From the IMG/VR virus record IMGVR_UViG_3300032236_000985, positions 1 to 55,398 of that record: a stretch of 55,398 nucleotides of DNA, one strand, 5' to 3'. This DNA comes from a virus (taxonomy: Duplodnaviria > Caudoviricetes). The notes under the pieces are model-generated. The model worked only from the letters and a program-made list of their open reading frames with translations. It did not search any database and was not told the origin of the DNA. The translations under genes and the position numbers were made by a program. Every line of letters starts with the position of its first letter. Positions within the stretch are counted from its first letter, which is position 1. Below, piece after piece: positions 7,617 through 17,432 of the stretch.

Positions 7617-9337
7617 TGTTGATCGTTTTTAAAAAAGTAAGAATGAAAAATTTCTTCTCAGTGGGTAATAATTTCATTGAGATTGATTTGAATTCATATA
7701 AAAGGAATCTTGTTGTTGGTGCAAACGGAAGTAGTAAAACTTCTTGTATCGTTGATTCGATAGTATTTGCGTTATATGGAAAACCATTCAGAAAGACTAA
7801 CAAACCAAACATCATCAATTCTATTAACAAGTCTAATCTTGTTGTTGAAATTGAGTTTGATATTGGATCAAAATCTTACAAGATCATTAGGGGATTAAAA
7901 CCTAATGTCTTCGAAATTTATTGTGATGATGTTCTAATAAATCAAGACGCGAGTGCTAGGGACTATCAAGAATATCTTGAGAAAAATATCCTGCGAATGA
8001 ATCATAAATCATTTGTCAATGTAGTTGTTCTTGGTTCAGCCAGATACAATCCATTCATGCAAATGTCTGCTGCCGACAGACGATCAATTGTTGAAGACCT
8101 TCTTGATATTCAAATTTTCTCTTCAATGAATCTTTTGGTAAAGGATAAACTTTCTAAATTAAAAGAAGAAGAAAAAGACCTTAGTTATAAATTTGAATTG
8201 ACCAAAGAAAAGATAAAATTACAAAAAGAGAATATCAATAATCAGAAAAGAAATAACGATGAATTGATATCATTTAAACTTACTGAGATAAAAACCAGCG
8301 AAGAACAGGTTGGAAAATTCACCAATGATATTGTTCTTATAGAAAAACACGTAGAAGTTCTTAATGGTAAAATATCAGATAAAGAATCTGCTGAAAAGAA
8401 ACAAAAGAATTTGGTATCAATAGAAAGTAAGATTGAGGACAATCTCAAAAAAATAAAGACCGAAAACTCTTTCTATGAAAATAATGATTCGTGTCCTACT
8501 TGTAAACAAACAATTGATGAACAGTTTAAAACAGATAAACTAACTTCTATAAAGAAGAAAGAATCTGAATTGAAAGTCGGTATGGATAAACTTGAAGATG
8601 AATATAATAAACTAAAAGTACGATTAGATGAGATCAAGACTATTAGTAAAAATATCATAGATCATCAGACTGAAATCATTAGAATTAATGCTTCTATCAG
8701 AGAAATTCAAAAGACGATCATAAAAGAGAATAAATTTATCGAAGACCTTAAAAATAAAAACGTTGAGGTTGATGATGTTGAATTAAAGAAACTGTTGAAA
8801 GATTATAAAGAGTTTGACGCCAATCTGAAAAGCGTATCTGAAGATAAATCCTATTATGAATACTCAGCTTCTTTGTTAAAGGATGGTGGAATTAAGACAA
8901 GAATCATAAAACAATATCTTCCTGTTTTAAACAAATTAATTAACTTATATCTTTCTAAACTGAATTTTTTTGTTAACTTTAATATTAATGAAAATTTTGA
9001 AGAAGTGATAAAGAGTAGACATAGAGATGAATTTACGTACATGAACTTCTCAGAAGGCGAGAAGACAAAAATTGATTTATCCATTCTGTTTGCATTTAGA
9101 CAAGTTGCAAAAATGAAAAATTCAGTAAACACTAATCTTTTATTGATGGATGAAATCTTGGGAGGAAGTCTTGATAAAGACAGTGTTGAATTGTTTTTAG
9201 ATTTGATTTCTGGATTTGATGATGATATGCGAATTTTTATTATAGGACATAATGAAGGTAAAGAAGAAAGGTTCGATAGAGTTTTGAAGTTTGAAAAGAA
9301 AAAGAATTTTACAAGATTAACAGAGGTTACATTATGA
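7616..9337 (+). CDS. 46: Recombination ATPase gp46 (Rad50/SbcC-like)
   Basis: Walker A GANGSSKT, coiled coil with CPTC hook, FSEGE signature, LLMDE. Confidence 0.95.
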   Translation: MLIVFKKVRMKNFFSVGNNFIEIDLNSYKRNLVVGANGSSKTSCIVDSIVFALYGKPFRKTNKPNIINSINKSNLVVEIEFDIGSKSYKIIRGLKPNVFEIYCDDVLINQDASARDYQEYLEKNILRMNHKSFVNVVVLGSARYNPFMQMSAADRRSIVEDLLDIQIFSSMNLLVKDKLSKLKEEEKDLSYKFELTKEKIKLQKENINNQKRNNDELISFKLTEIKTSEEQVGKFTNDIVLIEKHVEVLNGKISDKESAEKKQKNLVSIESKIEDNLKKIKTENSFYENNDSCPTCKQTIDEQFKTDKLTSIKKKESELKVGMDKLEDEYNKLKVRLDEIKTISKNIIDHQTEIIRINASIREIQKTIIKENKFIEDLKNKNVEVDDVELKKLLKDYKEFDANLKSVSEDKSYYEYSASLLKDGGIKTRIIKQYLPVLNKLINLYLSKLNFFVNFNINENFEEVIKSRHRDEFTYMNFSEGEKTKIDLSILFAFRQVAKMKNSVNTNLLLMDEILGGSLDKDSVELFLDLISGFDDDMRIFIIGHNEGKEERFDRVLKFEKKKNFTRLTEVTL

Positions 9338-9933
9338 GTGATATGATTACTATTGATACTGGTTCGTCAGAATCAATTAGCGTCAAATTTAAACCATATG
9401 AATTGGTTTATGAAACTGATCCAATTCTTTCAGAAGTAATGCCAGAATTTGATTTTAATTCTGACGTTGATGTTACTGAATTGAGCGGTCGTTTAGTAAA
9501 GACCCTAGAAACAACAAAGGGGTTTGGTCTTGCTGCTCCACAATGCGGTTTACGATACAAAGTATTTGTTATGGGAGCAGAAGGAAATTATAAGGTACTT
9601 TTCAACCCAACTATTACATATAAGTCTGATGCTACTCTTCATATGGAAGAAGGGTGTTTGAGTTTTCCTTTCCTAACGCTTTCTATTACAAGACCAGAAT
9701 CAATCATAGTTTCGTACCAAGACGAAAATGGCGATCTTAGACAAGCTGAATACAACGGATTGACTGCTAGAATCGCTCAGCATGAAATTGATCACCTTAA
9801 TGGAACTACTTTTAATAAAGTAGCTAAACCTCTTGCGTTAAAGACTGCGTTAAAAAGACGCGAAAAGAATACTGCAAAATACGCAAAAAGAATGATGTCA
9901 TACAGGAAAATAATCGATGCGCAATCCAGCTGA
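9334..9933 (+). CDS. def: Peptide deformylase
   Basis: GLAAPQ, EGCLS, HEIDH. Confidence 0.93.
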   Translation: MSDMITIDTGSSESISVKFKPYELVYETDPILSEVMPEFDFNSDVDVTELSGRLVKTLETTKGFGLAAPQCGLRYKVFVMGAEGNYKVLFNPTITYKSDATLHMEEGCLSFPFLTLSITRPESIIVSYQDENGDLRQAEYNGLTARIAQHEIDHLNGTTFNKVAKPLALKTALKRREKNTAKYAKRMMSYRKIIDAQSS

Positions 9934-11230
9934 TATAATTGTTGAATTGGAATCCGATAATAGCAGACTCTTTAAAGAGTCTGTTATCATTAGGGAGATG
10001 GAAGCTAATAATACTGTATTTTTCGAAGGAATACGGTTAGCTTGTGATAATCTTATTACCTTTGGAGTTAGTGGAAAAACTGTACCGAAAACTGCAGTAA
10101 ATAATTCTTTAGATTGTTTGGATTGCGACTCTTTTTACGTTGCAATTAAAGATTTGATTGAAAGAAAATCTACCGGAAACGATGCAAAGAATCTTCTTGA
10201 TTTTTTAGTTATGAATTCAACTCCTCATATGTGGGAAAATTGGTATCTTAGAATTCTATTAAAGGATTTGAGGTGCGGCGTTGATGTTAAAACAATAAAC
10301 AAATGCGCTAAGAAAGTTAATCGACCTGAATTTTCTGTTCCGGTATTTTCTTGTCAACTTGCTAATAATTCAGTAGATCATCAAAACAAATTGATTGGTG
10401 AAAAAATTATAGAATGTAAGTTAGATGGTGCCAGAGTTATTTCTATTGTATATCCAGACGGTAGGGTTGATCAATTTTCTCGTAACGGTAAAGAACTTTT
10501 AAATTTTGATGTTATACGAGACCAATTAAGTAAAACGGGATTAGATGATCCAATTGTATTGGATGGCGAAGTAATGAGCGAATCTTTCCAGGATTTGATG
10601 AAACAAATCCGTAGAAAAGAAAACGTCCAAACAAATGATTCTGTTCTTCATGTGTTTGATATTATTCCATTAGAATATTTTTCAAAAGGTATTTGTAATA
10701 TACCTCAATCAGAAAGAAGCCAACTATTACAAATATGGTATGCAGTTAATAAAGAATATTTACATAATGTTCAAATATTAGATCAAGAAATGGTTGACTT
10801 AGATACTGATATAGGCTTAAATAGGTATAAGGAAATAAATAGATTAGCAATTGAAGGCGGGTATGAGGGTATAATGATAAAAGACCCTAATGCGCCTTAT
10901 GAAAACAAAAGGTCAAATTCTTGGTTAAAATTAAAACCTTTTATAACAGTTGATCTTGAGATTGTAGAGTTACAAGAAGGCGAAGATAAGTATGTCGGAA
11001 TGCTTGGTGCCTTTATTTGTAGAGGATTTGAAGGCGATAAAGAAATTTTAGTAAACGTTGGATCTGGATTCTCTGATAGGCAAAGAGAAGAGTATTGGGA
11101 TTTATCCGTTGTTGGTCGTATTGTTGAGATAAAAGCAGACGCAATAACACAGAATCAAAATGGAACATATTCTCTAAGATTTCCAGTTTTCATGCGTTTT
11201 AGAGGATTTGAAACTGGTGAAAAAATTTAA
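9917..11230 (+). CDS. 30: ATP-dependent DNA ligase
   Basis: KLDGAR, LDGE, EGIMIK, WLKLK, SLRFPVF. Confidence 0.93.
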   Translation: MRNPADIIVELESDNSRLFKESVIIREMEANNTVFFEGIRLACDNLITFGVSGKTVPKTAVNNSLDCLDCDSFYVAIKDLIERKSTGNDAKNLLDFLVMNSTPHMWENWYLRILLKDLRCGVDVKTINKCAKKVNRPEFSVPVFSCQLANNSVDHQNKLIGEKIIECKLDGARVISIVYPDGRVDQFSRNGKELLNFDVIRDQLSKTGLDDPIVLDGEVMSESFQDLMKQIRRKENVQTNDSVLHVFDIIPLEYFSKGICNIPQSERSQLLQIWYAVNKEYLHNVQILDQEMVDLDTDIGLNRYKEINRLAIEGGYEGIMIKDPNAPYENKRSNSWLKLKPFITVDLEIVELQEGEDKYVGMLGAFICRGFEGDKEILVNVGSGFSDRQREEYWDLSVVGRIVEIKADAITQNQNGTYSLRFPVFMRFRGFETGEKI

Positions 11231-11248
11231 ATAACATGGATTAAATAT

Positions 11249-12325
11249 ATGTGGACTAAAGATGATTGTATAAACGCAATCAGGGATTTAGCGGATCAAT
11301 TCCCTGATGCTGTGATAACTAGGAATTTTTTTAGAAACAATTCAGATTGTTCTGAATACTGGTGGTCTAAATATTTTGGCACTTTTTCAGAATTTAAAAA
11401 ATATTCTGGACTTGATAGAACCAGAGATCAAACTAAGCTTCTTGGACAAGTAGCTAAACACGCTTCTAAAGATACCGCTAGAGAATTTAATAAAGAAAAA
11501 GCCGAATACGAAGGAAAGTATTTGCGCCCAGATTCAAAAAGATTCCAAACAATTGTTACTATATCTGATACGCACGATATTAGTTTTGATCCGTTTACTA
11601 AACGAGTTTATTTGGATACATTAAAGCGTATTCAACCAGAAGTTATTGTATTTGGCGGAGACCATTTTGATCTTCCTGAATTTAGTAAATATTTCAACGA
11701 TCCCAGAAGTTTTAATGTAATTGAACGTATCAATTCCGTGCATGATTTTTTACGAGATATTAGGGAAATTGTTCCTGACGCAGAATTTAATTGGATTTCT
11801 GCAAACCACGAAATGCGTTTACTAAAGCATTTATCAGAAGCTAGTCCTAATATGATGGTACTATTATCTGATCTACATGGATTTACTATCTCTAAATTAT
11901 TAGGTCTTGATGAATTTGAGATTAACTATATTTCAAGAGAAGATTTAGGCGTATTTAATGAATCTGATTTTAAAAAAGAACTTGGTAAAAATTATCTAGT
12001 TAAATTTGATTCCGTAATGTTCCACCATTATCCAGAAGGTAAACATTATGGTATACCAGGTATGAATGGCCATCACCATAAACATAAAAGCGATTCCCTA
12101 CATAATTTAGCTTTTGGATCGTATGAATGGCATCAATTAGGCGCTGGACATATCAGAAGGGCAAATTATTGCGATGCGCAAAAATGGTCTACGGGATTCA
12201 TGATTAGTCATCATGATATATATAATAAGACTACCGTTTTCGAATACGTAGATACAACAAGAGATTTTGCTGTTGTTGGAGGAAAATGGTATCAAAGAAC
12301 TGATGAAGAAATTTATAAAGTATAA
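11249..12325 (+). CDS. Calcineurin-like metallophosphoesterase with N-terminal helical (HTH-like) module
   Basis: SDTH, GGDHFD, ANHE, FHH, GHHH. N-terminal WTKDDCI...YFGTFSEFKKYSGL resembles homing-endonuclease-associated repeats. Confidence 0.75.
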   Translation: MWTKDDCINAIRDLADQFPDAVITRNFFRNNSDCSEYWWSKYFGTFSEFKKYSGLDRTRDQTKLLGQVAKHASKDTAREFNKEKAEYEGKYLRPDSKRFQTIVTISDTHDISFDPFTKRVYLDTLKRIQPEVIVFGGDHFDLPEFSKYFNDPRSFNVIERINSVHDFLRDIREIVPDAEFNWISANHEMRLLKHLSEASPNMMVLLSDLHGFTISKLLGLDEFEINYISREDLGVFNESDFKKELGKNYLVKFDSVMFHHYPEGKHYGIPGMNGHHHKHKSDSLHNLAFGSYEWHQLGAGHIRRANYCDAQKWSTGFMISHHDIYNKTTVFEYVDTTRDFAVVGGKWYQRTDEEIYKV

Positions 12326-12342
12326 TGAGGTGAAAATATAAA

Positions 12343-13140
12343 ATGCAAATTCAAATTTCTAGAGAAGAACTAGCCCAGAAGAAGTTGTTTATTGGTATGC
12401 CTACTTATGGTGGTATGATGACCACTCTAACGGCAAAGTCATTGATTGATCTTAACTCTCTAATGGCGCAATATGGCGTTGAGGTTAAGTTTAGTTTCCT
12501 AATGAATGAAAGTCTTATTCAAAGAGCGAGAAATTATATCACAGACGAATTCCTTAATCGTAGCGATTGCACGCACTTAATGTTTATTGATGCGGATATC
12601 GTATTCAATCCACAAGACATTATCGCTATGCTTGCGCTAGACAAGGAAATTGTTGGTGGCCCTTATCCGAAGAAGAGTCTTGATTGGAATCAGCTTAATA
12701 AGGCAATCAAGAAGAATCCAGAACTACCCCCTTCCGAATATGAAAAGTTGACTGGTTCAATTGTATTCAATCCAGTTGGCGGTACAACAAAGTTCAGTAT
12801 TCAAGAACCTCTTGAAATCATGGATCTTGGTACTGGTTTTATGCTGATTAGACGTGACGTGCTAGAAAAGTATCAAGCAGCATATCCTGAAAAGATGTAT
12901 AAGCCAGATCACGTTGGTCAAGCGCATTTTGACGGTTCCAGAGAAATCTGCGCTTTCTTTGACTGCGTAATTGATCCAGATTCTAAGCGTTATCTATCTG
13001 AAGATTATTTCTTCACTCAACAGTGTAGAAAGATTGGTATTAAGACTTGGCTTGCTCCTTGGATTAATCTTGGACATATGGGTTCTTATTTGTTCCAAGG
13101 TTCTCTACCCCATGTTGCCACTCATATTGGCGAACTCTAA
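12343..13140 (+). CDS. GT-A fold glycosyltransferase-like protein
   Basis: ESLIQRARN, HLMFIDADI (DxD), GTGFMLI, YLSEDYFF. Confidence 0.7.
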   Translation: MQIQISREELAQKKLFIGMPTYGGMMTTLTAKSLIDLNSLMAQYGVEVKFSFLMNESLIQRARNYITDEFLNRSDCTHLMFIDADIVFNPQDIIAMLALDKEIVGGPYPKKSLDWNQLNKAIKKNPELPPSEYEKLTGSIVFNPVGGTTKFSIQEPLEIMDLGTGFMLIRRDVLEKYQAAYPEKMYKPDHVGQAHFDGSREICAFFDCVIDPDSKRYLSEDYFFTQQCRKIGIKTWLAPWINLGHMGSYLFQGSLPHVATHIGEL

Positions 13141-13451
13141 TGGTTAAAGAGAAATTTTCTCATTACTATAAAAAAGTACCTGGAGAATACATTGATGTAT
13201 ATCGTGTTCTCCAGTTATTTGAAGTAACTGATCCTTGTATACAACACGCTATAAAGAAACTATTGGTTGGCGGAAAGCGTGGAGTAAAGGATGTACAAAA
13301 AGATATCAAAGAAGCCATCGTTTCATTGGAGCGATGGCAAGAAATGAGGGAAGAAGAAAAACTTGAAGAAGAATTTCAAAAAGAGTTTGAAAAAGCATGG
13401 GAAACTATGATGTTGGATGACGAGATTTTCGATGAAAACTCGATTGACTAA
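13140..13451 (+). CDS. Small phage protein (DUF3310-like)
   Basis: HY...IDVY...HAIKKLL..GKRG.KD...DIKEA pattern. Confidence 0.5.
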   Translation: MVKEKFSHYYKKVPGEYIDVYRVLQLFEVTDPCIQHAIKKLLVGGKRGVKDVQKDIKEAIVSLERWQEMREEEKLEEEFQKEFEKAWETMMLDDEIFDENSID

Positions 13452-13471
13452 TATAACAATTGTTATATAAT
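13444..13471 (+). promoter_or_regulatory. sigma70-type promoter for the gp45 operon
   Basis: TTGACT-16 nt-TATAAT; AGGTG SD before ATG 13501. Confidence 0.65.
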
Positions 13472-13500
13472 ATAATATTACTTAATGAAAAAGGTGAAAT

Positions 13501-14181
13501 ATGAAAATATCCGAAAGAACTTTACAAATACTGAAAAATTTCTCTACTATTAATCCTAGTATTGCTCTTAAAGAAGGAAATGCTATTGCAACAGTAGCGC
13601 ATAATAGGAATATTATAGTAGATGCTAAAATTGAAGAAACTATTCCAAAGGATTTTTGTATATATGATTTGAATAATTTTCTAAGTCTTCTGAGTTTGTT
13701 TAAAGACGGTGCTGAGCTTGAATTTGATGATGATCACGTATTGATTGTTGGTATGGATGGACGTAGTAAAGTTAAGTACAGGACTGCTAGTCCGAATACT
13801 ATTGTTGCTGCGCCTGATAAGAGACCAACTCTTCCATTTGTTGATGTTACTTTTAATCTTACTGCAAAAGACTTTACTTGGTTAATACGAACTGCTAGTG
13901 TACTTGGTTCTCCAAATTTTGCTATCGAAAGCGATGGCTCTAAAGTAACATTAAAAACTTTTGATTTATTAGATGATTCTGCACATACCAATACTTTAAC
14001 GCTTGATACTATTGATCCAGAAGGACTTTCGTATACGCTTATTTTTAAGACTGAAAATTTAAAGATTATTCCAAGCGAATATGTTGTTGAAATTTGTTCA
14101 AAGGGTCTTGCTAAATTCACAGATAACAATAATGAATTGATTTATTACGTCAGTATTGAAACTGCTTCTGTTTACAATTAA
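13501..14181 (+). CDS. 45: Sliding clamp gp45
   Basis: MKIS..T..ILKNFSTINPSI, FCIYDLNNFL. Confidence 0.95.
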   Translation: MKISERTLQILKNFSTINPSIALKEGNAIATVAHNRNIIVDAKIEETIPKDFCIYDLNNFLSLLSLFKDGAELEFDDDHVLIVGMDGRSKVKYRTASPNTIVAAPDKRPTLPFVDVTFNLTAKDFTWLIRTASVLGSPNFAIESDGSKVTLKTFDLLDDSAHTNTLTLDTIDPEGLSYTLIFKTENLKIIPSEYVVEICSKGLAKFTDNNNELIYYVSIETASVYN

Positions 14182-14190
14182 GGATATATT

Positions 14191-14472
14191 ATGACTACTA
14201 AAACTGTTGCATCTACTTTTGGTAATTTTGACGAAGAGCAATTGAAGACTTTAAAGGGCGGTCTTAAAGAACTATCTGATGTATTTACTATGCAAGAATC
14301 GCAGAAAGAAGTTGTTAAAGACATTGTTTCTTCGCTTCATGAAGAATTAAAAATCCCAAAGAAGTTGATTAATAAGCTTGCCCGTACATACCATAAAAGG
14401 AATTATTCAGAAGTTGTTGCTGAACAAGAAGAATTTGAGCTTCTGTTCGAAGGTATTGTTGAAGAAAATTAA
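14191..14472 (+). CDS. dsbA: DsbA-like double-stranded DNA-binding protein
   Basis: EELKIPKKLINKLARTYHKRN..E...E.EEFELLF parallels the T4 DsbA C-terminal pattern. Confidence 0.6.
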   Translation: MTTKTVASTFGNFDEEQLKTLKGGLKELSDVFTMQESQKEVVKDIVSSLHEELKIPKKLINKLARTYHKRNYSEVVAEQEEFELLFEGIVEEN

Positions 14473-14481
14473 TTTGTAATT

Positions 14482-14499
14482 GCCAAGGATGGCTTTTTT
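14482..14499 (+). terminator. Short hairpin plus U-tract between the dsbA-like gene and gp44
   Basis: GCCA-AGGA-TGGC-TTTTTT. Confidence 0.4.
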
Positions 14500-14510
14500 G
14501 AGATTATATT

Positions 14511-15452
14511 ATGATTGATATTAGCGAATTTGCTTGGGAAGAGAAGTATCGACCAAAATCGGTAGAAGAGTGTATTCTTCCTGAAAGTACAAAAAATCTT
14601 TTCAAAACTTATGTTGATAATAGTAACATACCTAATTTATTGTTGGCTGGTCAACATGGTAGCGGAAAAACCACTTCTGCTCTTGCGATGTGTAAAGAGA
14701 TAGGTTGTGATTATTTATTCATTAACGGTAGTTCCGAAAATGGTATTGATATATTCCGTAATAAAATTACGAATTATGCATCATCTATGTCTTTATCAGG
14801 AGGAAAGAAGGTAATTATTATTGATGAAGCAGATAGATTATCTCCTAATGCTTTCGATGCATTAAAAGCTGGTACAGAAGCATTTCATATGAATTGTACT
14901 TTTATCATGACCAGTAATCATAGGAACAGAATTCCTGCTCCTATTCTTTCTAGATTTACTGAAGTGGAATTTACAATTTCTAAAAATGAAAAGTTACCGC
15001 TTATCACTAAGTTTTTTAAGCGTATTTGTACGATTCTTGAAAAAGAAAATATTGAATATGATAAGGAAGTTCTTGCAGTATTGATAAATAAGTTCTTTCC
15101 TGATTATAGGAAAACTCTTGTTGAATTACAAAAATATTCTATTAATGGTAAAATCGATTCAGGTATCCTTTCGCAAGTAGGCGATATACAATTAAGAGAT
15201 TTGATTAAATACTTAAAGGATAAAGATTACACAAAGACCAGGGCTTGGGTAGTATCTAATATAGACACAGACCCAAATACCATCTATAGAAAGATTTATG
15301 ACGCATTATATGATTTTGTTAAGCCATCATCAATCCCTAATATTATTTTGATTATGGCAAGGTATCAATACCAGACGAGTTTTGTTATTGATCCTGAGAT
15401 TCAATTACTTTCGTTTCTTACTGAAGTGATGTTAGAAGGAGAATTTCTGTGA
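14511..15452 (+). CDS. 44: Clamp loader ATPase gp44
   Basis: WEEKYRP, GQHGSGKTT, IIIDEAD, SRF. Confidence 0.95.
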   Translation: MIDISEFAWEEKYRPKSVEECILPESTKNLFKTYVDNSNIPNLLLAGQHGSGKTTSALAMCKEIGCDYLFINGSSENGIDIFRNKITNYASSMSLSGGKKVIIIDEADRLSPNAFDALKAGTEAFHMNCTFIMTSNHRNRIPAPILSRFTEVEFTISKNEKLPLITKFFKRICTILEKENIEYDKEVLAVLINKFFPDYRKTLVELQKYSINGKIDSGILSQVGDIQLRDLIKYLKDKDYTKTRAWVVSNIDTDPNTIYRKIYDALYDFVKPSSIPNIILIMARYQYQTSFVIDPEIQLLSFLTEVMLEGEFL

Positions 15453-15847
15453 GTTTGGATTTATTTAAGGAAATAATTCCTTCGATTTTACAAAAGAAGA
15501 ATTATGTCCTGACAAACGAAACAGAAAAAGATTATGTCCCCTTCATTATAAATAAGGCGTTATCGCAACATATGGATTGTTTGTATCACGCAAACATGAT
15601 GAATTTAAACGGACATTTAGACAAAAAATTACAATATGATTATTTGTTTCATTCGGTTAGGGGATATAAAAGACCCTATCAAAAGTGGTTAAAGAATGAA
15701 AATTCAGGAGAATTGAACACAATTATGGAATACTATAATTGTTCTTCTGAAAAAGCAAAAACAATTTTATCAGTTTTAACGCAAGAACAAGTTAAAATTC
15801 TTGAAAAAAGACTAGATAAAGGTGGAAATTCTAAAACTACTAAATAG
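15449..15847 (+). CDS. 62: Clamp loader subunit gp62
   Basis: YVPFIINKALS, AN.MN, QYDY, KGG; GTG start overlapping the gp44 stop. Confidence 0.9.
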   Translation: MSLDLFKEIIPSILQKKNYVLTNETEKDYVPFIINKALSQHMDCLYHANMMNLNGHLDKKLQYDYLFHSVRGYKRPYQKWLKNENSGELNTIMEYYNCSSEKAKTILSVLTQEQVKILEKRLDKGGNSKTTK

Positions 15848-15882
15848 TTGTAATGTAACAATTATTTTGGAGTTTTATAGTT

Positions 15883-16287
15883 ATGACAGATGATGTTTTT
15901 AAAGGATATGGAATTCGCGTCTTATTAGAAGATGATGATGCATTTCTAAAAATTAAAGAAACTTTAACCAGAATTGGTATTTCTTCTAAAAAGGATAAGA
16001 TTCTTTACCCTAGTTGTTATATTCTTCATAAAAGAGGGGAATATGCAATAATGCATTTCAAAGAATTATTTTCTTTGGATGGAAAACATTCAGACATTTC
16101 GGATAATGATTTAGCAAGACGAAATACAATTGCTTTACTTTTAGAAGATTGGGAATTGTTAAAGATTACCGATAAACCTCCTGTAGAAGAAAATACTGTT
16201 GATATGAACCAAATCAAAATCCTATCATATAAGGATAAAGAAAATTGGGAAATCTCGCATAAGTATTCAATTGGTTCTAGAAAATAA
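15883..16287 (+). CDS. regA: Translational repressor RegA
   Basis: FLKIKETLTRIGI, ILHKRG.Y.I.HFKELF.LDG, RRNTIA.LL..W. Confidence 0.95.
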   Translation: MTDDVFKGYGIRVLLEDDDAFLKIKETLTRIGISSKKDKILYPSCYILHKRGEYAIMHFKELFSLDGKHSDISDNDLARRNTIALLLEDWELLKITDKPPVEENTVDMNQIKILSYKDKENWEISHKYSIGSRK

Positions 16288-16340
16288 CCCATCGGGATGG
16301 GCTTGGTTTAAGAGTTGCAAGTAAATTAACTCTTATTTAA

Positions 16341-16368
16341 AAAGGGGATTAATTTCCCCTTTATTTTT
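16341..16368 (+). terminator. Rho-independent terminator after regA
   Basis: AAAGGGGA-ttaatt-TCCCCTTT followed by ATTTTT. Confidence 0.7.
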
Positions 16369-16408
16369 GCTTGCAAATAATATATACTATATTTTTGGAG
16401 TAAATATT

Positions 16409-16594
16409 ATGAACAAAAAATCCGAAAAGATTGTTAAAGTAAAAAGTATTTTCAATAACGATTACTATTATTCCAGTCCATCCTTTCCTTCAAAAGAAAT
16501 TGATGGTCAGATGTTTATTGGCGTTAAGAAAAATAAAAACGATATTGAAACCTTTTTTATGAAGAAAGACAATCTTGAAATTTGTAGAGATTGA
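16409..16594 (+). CDS. Small hypothetical protein
   Basis: ATG 16409 with GGAG SD; ...KEIDGQMFIGV... Confidence 0.55.
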   Translation: MNKKSEKIVKVKSIFNNDYYYSSPSFPSKEIDGQMFIGVKKNKNDIETFFMKKDNLEICRD

Positions 16595-16595
16595 A

Positions 16596-17027
16596 ATGAA
16601 ACCTAAACTAATTGATTTTTATATGGATGTTGCTAGAAGAACTTCTCAACTATCGTATGCAGAAAAATTGAAAGTAGGCGCAATCCTGGTAAAGAATGAT
16701 AACATAGTTTCATTTTCTTGGAATGGTACTCCTAGAGGGTGGGATAATGTTTGCGAAGATAAGATTTATATTGATTCTGGTGAATACTCTTTAAAAACTA
16801 AACCTTGCGTTACTCACGCAGAAGAAGCATTGTTAATGAAGATTGCGGCTTCTAATGAATCGGCTGAAGGTTCAACTTTATTCTGTACTCATTCTTGTTG
16901 TATGAGTTGCGCTAAATTAATATATGGTGCAAAGATTAAAGAGTTTTATTATGCCAATGAATATAGAAGTAGAGAAGGAATAGAATTCCTTGAAAAGTGT
17001 GGAATAAAGGTTTTCAAGATCGGTTAA
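16596..17027 (+). CDS. cd: dCMP deaminase
   Basis: KVGAIL, WNGTPRG, HAE, CMSCAKLI. Confidence 0.88.
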   Translation: MKPKLIDFYMDVARRTSQLSYAEKLKVGAILVKNDNIVSFSWNGTPRGWDNVCEDKIYIDSGEYSLKTKPCVTHAEEALLMKIAASNESAEGSTLFCTHSCCMSCAKLIYGAKIKEFYYANEYRSREGIEFLEKCGIKVFKIG

Positions 17028-17065
17028 TAAATAATACTTTCACGTTGTTAATTAGGGAGAATGCT

Positions 17066-17425
17066 ATGACAGAAAGTAGTTGGGGGTATCATTTAATTCT
17101 TGATGTAAAAGGTTGTGATCTAGTAAAATCTAAAGATCCAATCTATATTGCCGATTTCGTAAAAGAACTTGTTAACCGTATTGATATGGTTCCTTATGGC
17201 GAACCGCAAGTGATCCATTTTGGCGAAGGTGAATTAACTGGTTGGACTGTTTTACAATTCATCCAAACTTCAAACATCATTGCCCACTTTATGGACCATA
17301 ATGGTGATTTGTATTTCGATGTTTTTTCTTGTAAAAATTTCGATAAGCAGATTGTTTTAGATATGTTAGCGGAGTATTTCTCTCCCGAAAACGTTAAACA
17401 TGAATTTTTGATTAGACAAGCATGA
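17066..17425 (+). CDS. speD: Pyruvoyl-dependent S-adenosylmethionine decarboxylase-family proenzyme
   Basis: WGYHLILD, QFIQTSNIIAHF (self-cleavage Ser), DVFSCK. Confidence 0.8.
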   Translation: MTESSWGYHLILDVKGCDLVKSKDPIYIADFVKELVNRIDMVPYGEPQVIHFGEGELTGWTVLQFIQTSNIIAHFMDHNGDLYFDVFSCKNFDKQIVLDMLAEYFSPENVKHEFLIRQA

Positions 17426-17432
17426 GGCTATT

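Noticed and set aside
9334-9933. Peptide deformylase as a novelty
   Set aside because: It is a common auxiliary gene in aquatic T4-like phages, and its motifs are canonical.
16288-16301. Hairpin CCCATCGGGATGGG after regA as an ncRNA
   Set aside because: It is too short to support more than a possible mRNA processing or stability stem; the clear terminator is at 16341-16368.
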